A stretch of DNA of 64,000 nucleotides from Bacteriovorax sp. (GTDB lineage Bacteria > Bdellovibrionota > Bacteriovoracia > Bacteriovoracales > Bacteriovoracaceae), in the NCBI GenBank assembly GCA_014376445.1, contig JACMRM010000006.1, positions 5,634 through 69,633 of the forward strand, given 5' to 3'. The notes below the pieces were generated by a model, which saw only the letters and a list, made by a program, of their open reading frames with translations, was not told where the DNA came from and made no database searches. A program made the position numbers and the translations under genes. Shown here one piece after another: positions 1 through 11,321 of the stretch; within the stretch, counting starts at the first letter, position 1; the number at the start of each line of letters is the position of its first letter.

Positions 1-2675
<2,675 letters not shown>

Positions 2676-2752
2676 TTTCTCACTTGCTCGTCAGTTTGAT
2701 TTAGCCACTAAATTTCGGCCCTTTGGTTTATTAATCAAAATAACTAAGTAAT

Positions 2753-2890
2753 CTATGCCAGCTTTGGCCGAGATGGATCCAGCAAATCAATAGAATCTCT
2801 TTGATAAACACTTGCTGTTTTTACCAGGTCAGTTTGAATAGCAGAGTAGAAAAGAGTTGCTGTAATAAATGCAAAAAGTATAGCTTTCAT
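2753..2890 (-). CDS. Small 45-aa protein with N-terminal signal/TM segment (not in ORF track)
   Basis: Read manually: MKAILFAFITATLFYSAIQTDLVKTASVYQRDSIDLLDPSRPKLA*. AAGGGA SD-like sequence lies just upstream of the ATG. Confidence 0.6.
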   Translation of the reverse strand: MKAILFAFITATLFYSAIQTDLVKTASVYQRDSIDLLDPSRPKLA

Positions 2891-2932
2891 AAAATCCCTT
2901 TGTTTGATCGGGCTCCATCACTACTATCATCA

Positions 2933-2950
2933 TTGCAAGGGTCATACCGC
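2933..2950 (-). promoter_or_regulatory. Candidate sigma54 (-24/-12) promoter for the 45-aa ORF
   Basis: Minus strand reads gcGGtatgacccTTGCAa, i.e. GG-N10-GC spacing with TTGCA. Confidence 0.35.
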
Positions 2951-3056
2951 AAAAATGCAATGAAAATATATTACACAGGGCCAATTGTCGTGGCAAAATG
3001 GTATTTGTGAGTAATTTTGGTTGAAGAAATTAAGTCAGGAATTACGATTCAGTTAC

Positions 3057-3084
3057 AAAAGGCCTGGTTGTTGTCAGGCCTTTT
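3057..3084 (-). terminator. Rho-independent terminator downstream of serC (potentially bidirectional)
   Basis: AAAAGGCCTG-8nt-CAGGCCTTTT inverted repeat. Confidence 0.7.
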
Positions 3085-3093
3085 ATTTAAAGT

Positions 3094-4212
3094 CTAGAGT
3101 TTAGATTCAATCATCATTGAAAGAAGTTTTGTTAACTTCTCTAAGTCAGAATAAGAGATTTCGTGAAACATAGAAATTCTAAACTGGTTTCTTCCCAGTT
3201 TTCTGTATCCATCGATTCCTAATACAGCTTTTTTCTTTTCCAAAAATTTGATTACGTCATCAACATTTACTTTCGAATCAACGTCGATTGTTGCCACAGC
3301 AACTGACCTGAATTCCTTTTCTTCGATGAAGCAAGAAAGATATGGTTTTGATTCTGCCCATGAGTACAATAGATCAGCTTTTTTCTGAGCTAATTTTTGA
3401 ACTTCAGCATATCCCACTTCGTTCATTTTTTTAACCTGCTCATTCATGATGAAGATTGTTGCAAGCGCTGGCGTATTGTAAGTCTGGTTCGCCTCACTAT
3501 TTGAAATAGCGTTTGCCCAGTTCATGATGTCTGGTACGTATCTAGTTTTATCTGCACCGATTTTTGCTGCACGTGCAAGAGCTTTTGGTGACATTATTGC
3601 ACACCAAAGACCTCCGTCAGATGCAAAAACTTTTTGAGGAGAGAAAAAGAAAATATCCGTTTTTGAAATGTCACATGGACATTGCCCAGCTCCAGATGTT
3701 GCATCAACTGCTAAAATTGTATTAGCATCTACAAATGGAAGTTTTGAGAGTTGAACACCTGTCGAAGTTTCGTTAAGTGTTACTGCAATCAAATCTGAAC
3801 CAGCTGCTGCCGTTCCATTAATTCCTTTTCCGAATGCGACACCAACTTGTTCAGTCGTGATCCACGGAACAAGTTTTGAAGATTTAAACCACTTCTCAGA
3901 GAACTCTCCACATGTGAAGTGAGTTGCTTTTTTTTCTACGATTCCAAGAGCGATCATATCGAATAATAAAGTGGCTCCGCCGTTTCCAAGACAAATTAAA
4001 TATCCATCCGGTACATTGAAATATTTTTTAATACCTTCTTGAAGTTCTTTTACAACATTTTTTACACCAGGTTTTCTGTGTGATGTTCCCATGTAGTCTT
4101 TACCAGTTTTAGCAAGACGCTCTAGGAATTCAACGGGAACAAGTGAAGGTCCTGAACCAAAACGTGGGTCTGAAGGAATAAGCTCTTTAGGCATTTCGAA
4201 ATTATCAAACAT
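3094..4212 (-). CDS. serC: Phosphoserine aminotransferase (class V PLP enzyme, resembling the actinobacterial type)
   Basis: DPRFGSGPS, GTSHR, GNGGAT, NETSTGV, DATSGAG, FSPQK (PLP Lys), QTYNTP and YRKLGRNQFR motifs. Confidence 0.9.
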   Translation of the reverse strand: MFDNFEMPKELIPSDPRFGSGPSLVPVEFLERLAKTGKDYMGTSHRKPGVKNVVKELQEGIKKYFNVPDGYLICLGNGGATLLFDMIALGIVEKKATHFTCGEFSEKWFKSSKLVPWITTEQVGVAFGKGINGTAAAGSDLIAVTLNETSTGVQLSKLPFVDANTILAVDATSGAGQCPCDISKTDIFFFSPQKVFASDGGLWCAIMSPKALARAAKIGADKTRYVPDIMNWANAISNSEANQTYNTPALATIFIMNEQVKKMNEVGYAEVQKLAQKKADLLYSWAESKPYLSCFIEEKEFRSVAVATIDVDSKVNVDDVIKFLEKKKAVLGIDGYRKLGRNQFRISMFHEISYSDLEKLTKLLSMMIESKL

Positions 4213-4300
4213 AACATTTCCTTGGAATGGGATTAGTGAAAGTTTAAAGCAAATTTACATAGACATTTTAGCCCAACATACGGAAGAATACTAAACGATT

Positions 4301-4933
4301 ATGAAAAAAATAAAATGCCCGACTTTAAGACTCAACGTAGTTACACTCTTTGTGCTGATCTTTTGTATGCCTGCTTACAGCGCAACAAAATCAAAACCAT
4401 CACAATCCTCAAACGACTTTTACTTATCATTGGGGAATCTCTGTGAATACGTCGGCAAAATTCAGACTGATAGCAACGGCGGAAAGAATTTTTGTTCCTT
4501 TACGCCCTCACTTTCATTAAATTATGATTATTTTGTAATACCTGATTTTGCACTTTCTCCTGAAATTGGCGCAACACTTCCAAAATCAGGAAGAGATTCA
4601 AATATCAAAACGATGACTCTTTACGCTCTGATGAATGGAAAATATAAAACGAGTTATGTTAATTTCATTGTCGGCGCAGGTGTCTACCTGACAAGAATCT
4701 GGGGCCCAGGTGGAGACGAAACTCTGAACAACGGAAATAGCAGTGACTCTTTCCCACTGCCAAAAGATCCTGTTTACACCAGAAATTTTATAGTAAATCT
4801 TGGTGTCTCAAATGAATTTTCACAAGACATTTCCGGTGAACTTTACACTTACATTTTTAATGCTTTAAAAAAAGAAGACCGCTCTTTTAGTCTGGGATTC
4901 AGCTTGAGTTATCACTTTGGAGAAATCTTATGA
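4301..4933 (+). CDS. Secreted, probable outer-membrane beta-barrel protein
   Basis: Signal peptide, alternating beta-strand pattern, C-terminal 'FSLGFSLSYHF'. Stop overlaps the next start. Confidence 0.6.
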   Translation: MKKIKCPTLRLNVVTLFVLIFCMPAYSATKSKPSQSSNDFYLSLGNLCEYVGKIQTDSNGGKNFCSFTPSLSLNYDYFVIPDFALSPEIGATLPKSGRDSNIKTMTLYALMNGKYKTSYVNFIVGAGVYLTRIWGPGGDETLNNGNSSDSFPLPKDPVYTRNFIVNLGVSNEFSQDISGELYTYIFNALKKEDRSFSLGFSLSYHFGEIL

Positions 4934-5709
4934 AATTAATGGCCGCTCTTTTTTTATGTTTTGCTGCTTTTAATGCCCAGGCATTTACGCTGAACAATTC
5001 GGCTAAACTGGTTTTTGCCCAGGATGAAGTCACAGTGAATGTGGCCGGAGGATTCTGCACAAATATTGGAATCACTGATACAGAATTTTTAACTATTGTT
5101 GGAGAAGCTGTCGACCAGTTCTGGAATAAGGCCCCAACAAGTCGCTTGAAATTAAGACAAGGACAGATTATTAACGTTGCCACTGCCTTTCACACAGACA
5201 CGATTTGTACGGCCTCAACAAACTGTACACCGAATCCAACGATTGCGGTGACCAGTGATATTCTAGTGAGCTGTAATAACAACTCAGCGAACTTTACCAG
5301 CTCATCCATTCTTGGGGTGACGATTCCCAATAATATATCAGGAACAACGATCCTTGGATCACTGGTCATGATTAACGATATGGCCTCAACACAGTTTGAT
5401 ACAAAAACTCATGCTGAAAAAGTCGCAATCATCTCTCATGAACTAGGCCATGCATTTGGGCTTGGGCATTCACCGGTTGAAGACTCATTAATGTACTATG
5501 CGACTGTCTCACAGAGAACAAGACTAGGACGAGATGATATCGATGGCATTAGCTATTTGTATCCTAAGCAGCAGCCCATCAGTGGTTGTGGAACAATTGA
5601 TTTGAATAAATCTGGCCCCAATTTCTGGCCGGGACTTTTCATTGGGGTTTCAATTATTGCTTTGGCCGAACTATTCAGAAAAAAATCAAAAGCCAGTACC
5701 GCAATTTAA
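4930..5709 (+). CDS. Matrixin-family (M10) zinc metalloprotease with C-terminal membrane anchor
   Basis: Signal peptide, HELGHAFGLGHS metzincin motif, SLMY Met-turn, DDIDGI, C-terminal TM helix followed by RKK. Confidence 0.88.
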   Translation: MKLMAALFLCFAAFNAQAFTLNNSAKLVFAQDEVTVNVAGGFCTNIGITDTEFLTIVGEAVDQFWNKAPTSRLKLRQGQIINVATAFHTDTICTASTNCTPNPTIAVTSDILVSCNNNSANFTSSSILGVTIPNNISGTTILGSLVMINDMASTQFDTKTHAEKVAIISHELGHAFGLGHSPVEDSLMYYATVSQRTRLGRDDIDGISYLYPKQQPISGCGTIDLNKSGPNFWPGLFIGVSIIALAELFRKKSKASTAI

Positions 5710-7481
5710 TTGCGGTACTTGAAAGATCTTCCACGTTTTGCACATTCTCTTTCATACTCATCCAACCAGGTTTTTTCCTGCTCAGAAAGTAAATTTTCTT
5801 CGATAAGATCGTGATCGAATCCGACATAAACCATGTTTCTGAAATGAAGCATGTTTTTATGAACAGGGTGACGTTCAACTGCAGCGACGTTTTCTAAACG
5901 AACACCACCGAATCCTGGAATATAAATTCCCGGCTCAATAGACCCTACCGTATTTTCTTTTAATGGAACGTTCGACGTTGTTGAAAGCCTGTATCCACCT
6001 TCGTGAACGTTGATACCAACACCATGACCTGTACCGTGATTGTAATTTAATCCGGCCGCAAAAATCGGCTGTCTTGCTACACCATCGACGACAGCTCCCC
6101 ATGATCCTTCAGGAAATGTTGCGTTCATTGTGTTTAAGATAGATTTTAAAACCAGTGTATAAACTTCTTTCTGCCGAGCAGACGCCTCTCCGCCTGAAAG
6201 AAATGATCTTGTTGTATCTGTTGCATATCCGGATTCAAAGTATCCACCTGAATCAAGCAGAACCAGCTCACCAGCTTTAAAAGGAACATCGGCCGATGGC
6301 GATGAAAAGTGAATAATCGAAGAGTTTGCACCGATTGCCGAGATCGTATTAAAGCTCTGGTCAAGAGCGCCGTTGCTTTTATAAAACTCGTTGGTCTTGT
6401 GATAAAAATCCAACTCGCTGAACTTTGTACCTTTTTTCACGTTTTCTTTTACCCATGAAATAGTCTGAAAGATCGCAGTATCGCCACTGTTAAATGAGTC
6501 CTGCATAGATTTTAATTCTGTAGGGTTTTTCAGTGCTTGGTATGGAACGAGACCATCTGGTTTGTTCACAAGATTGTTTGCACCAAAATGTGTCTGCAAT
6601 TTTAAAAAGTCTGCTGTGTTCGTAGAGTTTGCCGAGTAAAAAACTTTATTAATGTTATAAGCAGGAAGTCCTGCATTTTTCTTCCAGTCAGTTTCATAAT
6701 CATTAATAAGTGCAAAGAATTTTTCCAGTTCAGAAAATTTTCCCACGCTAAGATTTACAGATTCGCTTTTGATATCTCCTTCAATGTGCTCCATTAAAAG
6801 ATAAACGCCTTCTCTAGTTGCCAATGCTTTCGATCTGAATGTCGACTGGCTTGGAAGCTCGTGGCGTCTCATGTTCGTAAGCCATGCGATTGAATCAAGT
6901 GCTGAAATGAAAACCGCTTCGCCTGGTTGAAGAATTCTCTCCAGTTTGCTTTTTGTTGATTCACCAACAAGGGAAAGAGAAAGCTCACGGATTTTTTTAT
7001 CGAACTTCGTTTCCTTAAAAGAAATAATTTTTGAAAGTTCAGAGTTATTAAATGCAGTTGTTTTTAACTGAGAACCAAAATCATTGTAGAGAGAAAGGTC
7101 CGTGCGGTCTCCTTCCACTCCCATTGTTTTTAATTTTTTCGCAGCAATCACTTCGCGCATTGCCTGTCTTAAACTAACTCCATAAGGAACTTTGAAAACA
7201 TGAACAAGATTTTCATCACATTCAATATCGGCCTGTTCATAATAACGGCCATCAACGAAAAGAATGACTTTTCCATCAAAAGGGACGATTAGCTCTGAGG
7301 TTGAGCCTGTGAATCCTGATAAATAATAGCGGTGGCATTCCTCTAGGGGCACATATTCGTTCAAAAAAATATCCGATGACGAAAGGTAGAAGCTATCCAG
7401 TTTTTCTTTTTTCATGAAAGATTTCAATGAGTTGATGTTAGCTTTGAGAGCGTCTTTTGATAAAAATCCGGACTTTGCCAT
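5706..7481 (-). CDS. Xaa-Pro aminopeptidase (M24B, aminopeptidase P family)
   Basis: SGFTGS, DGRY, LLDSGG, TDTTR, HGTGHGVG..VHE, EPGIY and GVRLEN motifs. Confidence 0.93.
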   Translation of the reverse strand: MAKSGFLSKDALKANINSLKSFMKKEKLDSFYLSSSDIFLNEYVPLEECHRYYLSGFTGSTSELIVPFDGKVILFVDGRYYEQADIECDENLVHVFKVPYGVSLRQAMREVIAAKKLKTMGVEGDRTDLSLYNDFGSQLKTTAFNNSELSKIISFKETKFDKKIRELSLSLVGESTKSKLERILQPGEAVFISALDSIAWLTNMRRHELPSQSTFRSKALATREGVYLLMEHIEGDIKSESVNLSVGKFSELEKFFALINDYETDWKKNAGLPAYNINKVFYSANSTNTADFLKLQTHFGANNLVNKPDGLVPYQALKNPTELKSMQDSFNSGDTAIFQTISWVKENVKKGTKFSELDFYHKTNEFYKSNGALDQSFNTISAIGANSSIIHFSSPSADVPFKAGELVLLDSGGYFESGYATDTTRSFLSGGEASARQKEVYTLVLKSILNTMNATFPEGSWGAVVDGVARQPIFAAGLNYNHGTGHGVGINVHEGGYRLSTTSNVPLKENTVGSIEPGIYIPGFGGVRLENVAAVERHPVHKNMLHFRNMVYVGFDHDLIEENLLSEQEKTWLDEYERECAKRGRSFKYRN

Positions 7482-7499
7482 AAACTATACCTTTTTACT

Positions 7500-7526
7500 T
7501 AAGTTATTTTTGTTTCATGCCGATAG
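7500..7526 (+). promoter_or_regulatory. sigma28 (FliA)-type promoter
   Basis: TAAG-N15-GCCGATAG versus consensus TAAA-N15-GCCGATAA, 33 bp before a small ORF. Confidence 0.6.
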
Positions 7527-7559
7527 AGCGATCACATTGTAACCCATTGTTGAGAGCTT

Positions 7560-7709
7560 ATGAAATCAAAAGTAAATCCTGTCTTCATAATTATCGCCCT
7601 TTTCCTCTTCAAAGTAGGAATCGTGGATAATATTCGCTTTCATAAGAGCAATAATAGCGGTGAAAGAAATGTAGCAAGCGTGGATTTAACCAAGCAGTCA
7701 ATCAGGTAG
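7560..7709 (+). CDS. Small 49-aa single-TM/secreted protein (not in ORF track)
   Basis: Read manually: MKSKVNPVFIIIALFLFKVGIVDNIRFHKSNNSGERNVASVDLTKQSIR*. GAGAG upstream and a sigma28-like promoter. Confidence 0.6.
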   Translation: MKSKVNPVFIIIALFLFKVGIVDNIRFHKSNNSGERNVASVDLTKQSIR

Positions 7710-9051
7710 TCAGAAGACTAACAAAATGCTCACCGCGCTGTGCATAGTTTTGAAATTGATCGAATGACGGAAACCCCGGCGAAAATAGCAGTACACCTTC
7801 TGCTTCACCAAAATTTCCTCTTAATATCTTTAAAGTGGATTCAAGAGTCTCAGTATTAAAATAATTAAGCTTCCCCTTAATCTCACCTTCAATTTCATCC
7901 GCCATTTCACCAATAAGATAAAAATTCTGAACGCGCTCTTTTAGGAATTCCAAATGTGGAAGAATTGAATCACCATGCCCGCGTTTTTTTCCGCCGATGA
8001 TTAAGTGAATCGGAAGCTTAAAATCTTCCATCGCTTTAACAGCAGTCAACGTCGCGTCCCAGTTCGTGCTTTTAGCATCGTTGTACGCCCGAAATTTCGG
8101 TAGTCCTTTAACATTCGCCACATATTCAATACGGTGGTGAACACCGCCGAAAGTATTAATTGATTCCTGGATTGCTTTGGGATGAAGCTTAATTTCTTCT
8201 GCGACTTTTACAATGAAAGAAAGGTTTACAAGATTGTGAATCCCTGGAAGTTTAAATTCTTTAATATTGTATGAGATATCGGGCTTAGTTGTATTAATAG
8301 AGAGTTTTTTACCTTTTTGCTTCACGGCCCAGTTTTTAATAATCTGAAAATCTTCAGGATAAATCAGGACATCACTGTCAGTGAATTTATTCGTGATAAA
8401 AAATTTCGCGCGGCCATATTCTTCGATCGTTGCATATCTTTCACCATGATTCTGATAAAGATTTAGGATGATCGCGATGTTAACATGGAAATGGTCGATA
8501 CTCTCCAGCTGAAAACTAGAAAGTTCCAGTAAAATAAAATCAGCATATGCTTTGGTTTTTAAAACATCGTAAGCATAATCACAGAATGGAACGCCGATAT
8601 TTCCCCCGACAAAAACTTTTTTGTGATCAGCTTCAATCATCTCACCTAAAAAAGTTGTCGTTGTCGTTTTACCGTTTGTTCCTGTGATCCCGATAATTGG
8701 TTTCAAGAAATTGTTTGCTTCAAGATATCTGTAAGCAAGTTCAATCTCACCCCATATCGGAATATTTTTATCTGAGAGAGGTTTTAGTAATTTATGATCT
8801 CGCGGAATTCCCGGACTTAAAATCACGATATCAATATTGTTTAATTTAGATGGCAGTGAGGGATCGGTTTCCGAAAAACAATATTCAAGCGCCGTGAAAT
8901 CAAGCACACCTGGATGTTTCGCCCAGCTTGATACATCCCCGCCATTGATCGCGATAATTTCCCCGCCCATTTCACGCACAAAACGAAGCGCCGAAAGCCC
9001 GGAAACTCCCATACCATAAACTGCAATTCTTTTATTTTTTAAATTAAACAT
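7702..9051 (-). CDS. murD: UDP-N-acetylmuramoyl-L-alanine--D-glutamate ligase
   Basis: GMGVSG, SPGI, GITGTNGKTTTT, GNIG, ELSSFQL, HRIE, NDAKSTN and SFDQF..Y..RG motifs. Confidence 0.95.
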   Translation of the reverse strand: MFNLKNKRIAVYGMGVSGLSALRFVREMGGEIIAINGGDVSSWAKHPGVLDFTALEYCFSETDPSLPSKLNNIDIVILSPGIPRDHKLLKPLSDKNIPIWGEIELAYRYLEANNFLKPIIGITGTNGKTTTTTFLGEMIEADHKKVFVGGNIGVPFCDYAYDVLKTKAYADFILLELSSFQLESIDHFHVNIAIILNLYQNHGERYATIEEYGRAKFFITNKFTDSDVLIYPEDFQIIKNWAVKQKGKKLSINTTKPDISYNIKEFKLPGIHNLVNLSFIVKVAEEIKLHPKAIQESINTFGGVHHRIEYVANVKGLPKFRAYNDAKSTNWDATLTAVKAMEDFKLPIHLIIGGKKRGHGDSILPHLEFLKERVQNFYLIGEMADEIEGEIKGKLNYFNTETLESTLKILRGNFGEAEGVLLFSPGFPSFDQFQNYAQRGEHFVSLLTT

Positions 9052-9067
9052 GCTAAAAGTTAGCCCT

Positions 9068-10312
9068 ATGAACTTTAAAAGTCACGCATTAAGCCTCGCA
9101 GAATTCACGGCCTATTATTCTCCTCTTTGGAATAAAGAGATCATGAATGAATACCCTGAATCGGTCACTGATTACCCTCGCGAATGGGTTGATTTGCTTC
9201 AAGAGCTATCCGACGAAGAGCTCTTTGATGTGGACTGCAAACGCCCCGTAGAAAAGCTGAAAGGCACAAGCTTCGAAACTTTCATGCGGACCATCAAGGC
9301 ACTTTGTGACATCCCAAAAATAACTTCCGTTCCTGAACTTCCCTTAGAAGACTGGGCCTTTCAAGGCGTAAAAAAGAAAAAACGTCATGAAATTCAAAAA
9401 ATAGTTCCTGTGCTAAAAAAAGTACGCGATGAAAAAAAATTCGATTACGTTGTCGATATAGGTGGTGGTGTCGGCCACCTCTCACGTGTTCTTTCCCACT
9501 ATCATGGCATTCCTTCAATCTCTATTGATCAAAATGTTGAGTTTCAGAAAATAGGCATTGGTCGCTTAAAAAAATTTAGAAAGATTGAAGGCGCTCAGGA
9601 TGTAACATTTATGAACATTACATTTGGAAAAAAAGAAGATGCTCCAGAGTTAGAAAAAATTTTTAATAAGCATTCACTTGGACTTGGCCTTCATACATGT
9701 GGAGTTCTCGCGAATACACTTATTCAAAATACAATTGATCATCATACCATGGGGCTTTTGAATTTTGGCTGCTGTTACCATACTTTAAAAGCTCATATTG
9801 ATTTCCCACTTTCATCTTTTTATAAAGAAAATAATTATCCCGTTCTCAATTTATATGGTTTTACTCTGGCCACCCGCTCGCATGCTGAAACAACCCTTGA
9901 TGCGTATAAAACTAAAGTGCGTGTGAAAAATTATCGTTATGCTTTTCATCTATTCCTGATGAAAAATTTTGGCAAAAAAAACTTTATCGAAGTTGGTGAA
10001 TGTCATTTAAGCACTTACTGGAAACCATTTCATATCTATATTTCTGAGAAATTAAATTTCCTGGGACTAAAACACGAATTCACCAATGAAGATTTTGATC
10101 TTTTTTATGATTCAAAAGAAATTCAAAAAAACCTTCGAGTGATGTTTCTTTGCAATGTCATACGCTGGCAATTAGGCCGTGTCCTAGAAATTTATCTTCA
10201 GGTTGATCGTTGTCTTTATCTTGAAGAAAATGGATATGAAGTAAAACTAGAGCAGTATTTTGAAGAATCACTTTCACCACGCAACCTTGGTATCCTTGCG
10301 CTTAACAATTGA
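9068..10312 (+). CDS. SAM-dependent methyltransferase, METTL25/RRNAD1-like
   Basis: KKRHEI, VDIGGGVGHLSR motif I, GLHTCG, GCCYH and SPRN motifs. Start taken at ATG 9068 because 9050 overlaps the murD start. Confidence 0.8.
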   Translation: MNFKSHALSLAEFTAYYSPLWNKEIMNEYPESVTDYPREWVDLLQELSDEELFDVDCKRPVEKLKGTSFETFMRTIKALCDIPKITSVPELPLEDWAFQGVKKKKRHEIQKIVPVLKKVRDEKKFDYVVDIGGGVGHLSRVLSHYHGIPSISIDQNVEFQKIGIGRLKKFRKIEGAQDVTFMNITFGKKEDAPELEKIFNKHSLGLGLHTCGVLANTLIQNTIDHHTMGLLNFGCCYHTLKAHIDFPLSSFYKENNYPVLNLYGFTLATRSHAETTLDAYKTKVRVKNYRYAFHLFLMKNFGKKNFIEVGECHLSTYWKPFHIYISEKLNFLGLKHEFTNEDFDLFYDSKEIQKNLRVMFLCNVIRWQLGRVLEIYLQVDRCLYLEENGYEVKLEQYFEESLSPRNLGILALNN

Positions 10313-10396
10313 AATAATATTTCTCTACTTATATTTTTAATAATACATTTTCAATTTTCTGTAATAAATATCATTAATATTTATCTGGAGAATTTC

Positions 10397-10678
10397 ATGA
10401 ATTCATTTGCAATGAATCCACCTCGACTTAAAGATTTAGTTAACGAGAATGTAATGGGAGATGTCTAAATAAGGAATACTCTTTTTGGGCCAGTCACTGA
10501 TTCTTTAACAATCGCTGCACGATTCGAATTGATAGGTGCAAAAGTGAACTTACCACTCAACTCAAATTTGAGTTGAGAAAAAAAATTATTGAAAACAGTC
10601 ACTTGGCCAGTGCGAAAGTTAAGGAAAGACTTTCTAGAAAAGTTGATATTTCTGGACTCGGAGAAGAAAAATAAATAA
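10397..10678 (+). pseudogene. Probable degraded gene remnant
   Basis: GGAG SD plus ATG at 10397, then short protein-like stretches broken by stops or frameshifts in an AT-rich gap. Confidence 0.3.
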
Positions 10679-10725
10679 GCATTCCTATATAGTCGCGACC
10701 TAGATTATGTAGGAATTTTTACTTT

Positions 10726-11196
10726 TTAATTGAACTTATTAAACGTTAAAACATCGGTGCGCATTTCAACGTCGTTCCCTTCTTCATCTGCCCCCATGAC
10801 GCTAAATTTAATTGTCACTTCTCCAGAGTTAGAAGTTTTTAACACTTGGAAAAAAGCGGACCCTTCATCTTGGGCAATCCGGTAATGATTATCAACTGAC
10901 CAGTCAGCTGGATTCGCTGAAAGCTCAGTATTCTGCCAGTAGTACCACTCGTTTGCAACAGTCACATTATCAGCTGCAATATACTCACAAACCTGAGCTT
11001 GAATTTCATTTCCTTTAACAGAAAAAGCACCGACAACTTTTTGATCAGCATTCAACATGTAATAAGTGTGATCCCATTCAACATGTTCTTCCATTAAATC
11101 CTGAGCAGCGTAGTTCCCGCAAGCTTTAAGCGGTTTTGTTTCACTCGCGAATAATTGAGCTGAAGTAAATAGAGCAAGTATTAATAAAGTTTTCAT
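10726..11196 (-). CDS. Secreted hypothetical protein
   Basis: MKTLLILALFTSAQLFA signal peptide with GAGG SD. Acidic, beta-rich mature part. Confidence 0.75.
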   Translation of the reverse strand: MKTLLILALFTSAQLFASETKPLKACGNYAAQDLMEEHVEWDHTYYMLNADQKVVGAFSVKGNEIQAQVCEYIAADNVTVANEWYYWQNTELSANPADWSVDNHYRIAQDEGSAFFQVLKTSNSGEVTIKFSVMGADEEGNDVEMRTDVLTFNKFN

Positions 11197-11288
11197 ATAT
11201 TGGTCCTCAGTTTTATAATTAAACTTTAGTACCAAGATAGATAAACCTAATCCAATCTAATATTTAGATGAACTCTAGATAGCGACAT

Positions 11289-11311
11289 AAAAAGGCCACC
11301 CGAAGGTGGCC
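11289..11311 (-). terminator. Rho-independent terminator of the GSIII gene
   Basis: Minus strand GGCCACC-TTCG-GGTGGCC-TTTTT just after the stop. Confidence 0.85.
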
Positions 11312-11321
11312 CTATTTAGAA

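Noticed and set aside
2801-3010. 69-aa plus-strand ORF from the track
   Set aside because: TTG start without SD and an implausible sequence. It overlaps a better minus-strand ORF at 2753-2890.
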